Shown here piece by piece: positions 60,819 to 64,000 of a stretch of 64,000 nt of DNA. The stretch covers positions 1 through 64,000 of the forward strand of contig CBFFRP010000199.1 of the NCBI GenBank assembly GCA_965644295.1, in the 5' to 3' direction. Every line of letters starts with the position of its first letter. Positions within the stretch are counted from its first letter, which is position 1. The stretch is from Paraphysomonas bandaiensis (lineage: Eukaryota; Protista; Chrysophyceae). The notes beneath the pieces were generated by a model that did no database searches, was not told the DNA's origin, and saw only the letters and a program-made list of their open reading frames with translations. The position numbers and the translations under genes were made by a program.

Positions 60819-63800
60819 ATGGACAAGGATATGTCTGTAGATAGCACATCTACAAGCTTCAGGTAACCTTATGTACTTCATTGATTCATTTATAAGCATC
60901 ACATGTGCTTTGCATAGATCAATTGCTATTTCAGAAGATGATATATCTGAAATTACAGGTATTGAAACAGTTGGTTTGTCTGTGTTGTCCATTGCTAAAA
61001 CAGAAGGCTTCATTGACCAGCGCCATGAGTCACGAGATATCTCCCAGCCAGTGTTCATTGACGATGATAGTAACAAGTTCAGTGTAGACAGCGAAAGCTC
61101 TTGTCACTCTGCAATATCAATCGCAACGCCGTCAACAGTGGATTTTTCGGACAGAGACTTACTCTCTGACGACGAAAGCGCGTTATATACTACAGACTGT
61201 TATGAGGACATACCTTATTTTGACGCCAGTGTTATATCGGATTTATCTCAGTGTGGTGATCTGAATGATATATGTCCTTCAGAAGCCGACAAGGAATCCA
61301 CTGACATCGAAGTCAGCGACGAGAATGGTTCCCATGCTCCAAACACAACAGATGGAGCAGGTAGCGATGATTGTAGCAATGTCCAGCTCCAATCAGCTGT
61401 GGATGACGAATATATATCACGAAATCAGACTGATTCCTTAGACCATACTGAAAGTACAACGAACTTCTATTCTGAGAACGACGCCAGCGAGAAGAATGAC
61501 TTTGAGACAGGCAGTACCACACAGAATGAAAAGAATACTTCCTCTAACACCACGACCTACGGTGGCGATGGTGATGATGCTAAATTAGACAGTGATAGTG
61601 TGTCCGGCGTCGTAACGACAGATACAGATCACCACGAGAATGTTGATGGCCCAACTGTTGGGGGCATTATTGCAGAGTCTGCTGGTGATAATGCTAAATC
61701 AGATAGTGGTAGTGCGTCTGGCGTCGAATCGACAGATATAGATCACCATGAGAATGTTGATGACGCAACTGTTGGGGGCATTATTGCAGAGTCAGCTAGT
61801 GATGATGGTGGCGATGGCGATGATGCTAAATCAGACAGTGATAATGTGTCCGGCGTCGTAACGACAGATACAGATTATCAAGAGAATGTTGATGGCCCAA
61901 CTGTTGGGGGCACTATTGCAGAGTCAGCTGGTGATGATGGTGGCGATGGCAATGATGTGAAATCAGACAGTGATAATGTGTCCGGCGTCGTAACGACAGA
62001 TACAGATCATCAAGAGAATGTTGATGACGCAACTGTTGGGGGCATTATTGCAGAGTCTGCTGGTGATGATGCTAAATCAGATAGTGGTAGTGCGTCTGGC
62101 GTCGAATCGACAGATATAGATCACCATGAGAATGTTGATGGCCCAACTGTTGGGGGCATTATTGCAGAGTCAGCTAGTGATGATGGTGGCGATGGCGATG
62201 ATGCTAAATCAGACAGTGATAATGTGTCCGGCGTCGTAACGACAGATACAGATCATCAAGAGAATGTTGATGGCCCAACTGTTGGGGGCACTATTGCAGA
62301 GTCTGCTGGTGATGATGGTGGCGATGGCAATGATGTGAAATCAGACAGTGATAATGTGTCCGGCGTCGTAACGACAGATACAGATCATCAAGAGAATGTT
62401 GATGACGCAACTGTTGGGGGCATTATTGCAGAGTCTGCTGGTGATAATGCTAAATCAGATAGTGGTAGTGCGTCTGGCGTCGAATCGACAGATATAGATC
62501 ACCATGAGAATGTTGATGGCCCAACTGTTGGGGGCATTATTGCAGAGTCAGCTAGTGATGATGGTGGCGATGGCGATGGTGCTAAATTAGACAGCGCTAG
62601 TGTGTCCGGCGTCGAATCGACAGATATAGATCATCAAGAGAATGTTGATGGCCCAACTGTTGGGGGCACTATTGCAGATACAGCTGATGCGGATAGTGAA
62701 GATGAGGATAGTTTGTATGGATGTGAAGCAATTGGCTGTACAATCAGAGATAGACGTGACCGAAAAGTAAATGGATGCGAACGACAATTACAGGGGTCGT
62801 CGTTCAAAGGTGAGAATGATTCATACCTCCAGCGGGAGAGAAGTGATAGTGCGTATGGTATAGAATCTATGTGTGGGTTGTCATTATCGTCAGACCGAAA
62901 TACGCTGAGTAGTCAGCAGGAATATACAGAGCAGCCCATGTATTATATATTTGATGGAAATAAGTGGAGAGGTGCTACAGAGGATTTAGTGGACACTGTA
63001 CCTCGGAGAGATATAAGTAATGCGCCAGGCATCGAAAGTAAAAGAGAAGAAATGGACAATGAGAGGTCGCCAGAAGTGAAAAGTTTGGAGAAAAGCTTTC
63101 GAGAAGTTTTGCAAGATGGAAAGAATGACCTAATTTCGGAGGATGAAGAGTGTGATGATGCGTCAGTAGCTTCGTCCCCAGTGGTAAAACACTGCAACAT
63201 TATAATTGAGCAGCTGGATGATCTTCGCAACTGGAAATATTCTGCAATTGAATCGCAACCTGGAAGGCCATTGGATACGTATGCGTGTACCGATGAATTA
63301 TATCGAGCGGCACGTGCTAAACAGACACATTCTTCACCACAGCGATTAGTGACGAATGTGTTGTCTTCTCAACACACAGTGAATTCAATAGGAATACCAG
63401 ATCGTAAAAGTTCGAAACCTTCACCTCCACTACGGCAAGCTACGTGGTCTACATCCCCTAGTAATATACCAGAAAAAATGAATATATATGATGCCCCCGT
63501 AATATCCGGTAGCATAGACCAGAAATATAAGCCACGCCATAGAGAGAGTGAGAAGAGTGTTTTCACAGCTCTACGGGATGAAAAATCCGGTGGTTCGTTA
63601 AAGGAGAATGAATATTCTACGCTTTCGCCTGAGTTCAAACCAGGAAGTACTACACATATTCAACCTAGGAGGTCTGGTCTTGACTCGAAACTGGGTACAG
63701 CTTTCATGGTTGATGGAAGAGATGATGCTGTCGACTCGCATATTATCAATAAATCATCTGAAAATGCATTAACTCCTGGAACTGGACACACAAATATACG

Positions 63801-64000
63801 ACCAAACGAGAAGCGAGATGTAACTTTCCCTACGACCGATTGCAATTCTCCAAGTCACCTGAGACAAATCCCATATCATGAGCAGCGTACCAGTGGTTCG
63901 GATTGTACTAGGGGTGAGAGGGCTTCCCGTCTTGATACACCATGTATGCTGGGTGGAGTAGATACAAGGGGCGGAAATAGTGAAAATAGTGATACGTATA
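60819..64000 (+). CDS. Large acidic, disordered repeat protein (>1000 aa), truncated by the window end; absent from the ORF track because it has no stop here
   Basis: ATG at 60819, intron 60863-60917, then frame +1 appears open from 60919 to 64000 (SIAISEDDISE...); D/E/S/G-rich. Confidence 0.85.
61561..62680 (+). repeat. Coding tandem repeat, 9 units of 114 or 132 bp in a 378-bp higher-order pattern
   Basis: GAGAATGTTGAT anchors at 61636, 61750, 61882, 62014, 62128, 62260, 62392, 62506 and 62638 (spacings 114,132,132,114,132,132,114,132). Confidence 0.97.

Noticed and set aside
12205-62680. Tandem arrays as CRISPR arrays
   Set aside because: Units are contiguous without unique spacers, no cas genes are present, and the context is eukaryotic.

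Overview
Eukaryotic nuclear DNA, about 40% GC, standard genetic code, with many short (~45-60 nt) GT-AG introns. Gene content suggests a stramenopile, perhaps chrysophyte-like (inference only). In order: a degenerate Ty1/copia element ending 66 bp from the stop of a cytosolic-type homomeric acetyl-CoA carboxylase; an internally deleted chromovirus-type Ty3/gypsy element with near-identical LTRs inside a (TATG)n microsatellite; a solitary 5S rRNA gene; a membrane-anchored subtilase; an ING PHD protein; a cytosolic carboxypeptidase (CCP/AGBL); a PRL phosphatase; an S1-like + NIF/HAD fusion; an FMO; RPL31; a 3.8-kb foldback-type element with ~1.63-kb inverted arms and a candidate GTATAC target duplication; a small membrane protein; two tandem intronless 7TM (GPCR-like) paralogues whose tails are independently amplified P[ST]FDQWQ...RGTPP repeat arrays; PRMT3-like; V-ATPase subunit C; an LEA-like protein; and a large acidic repeat protein that runs off the window. 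The best candidates for something undescribed are the repeat-tailed 7TM pair, the foldback element, the microsatellite-embedded chromovirus and a dispersed repeat with a conserved GNRA hairpin. All calls are by eye; no database search was run.
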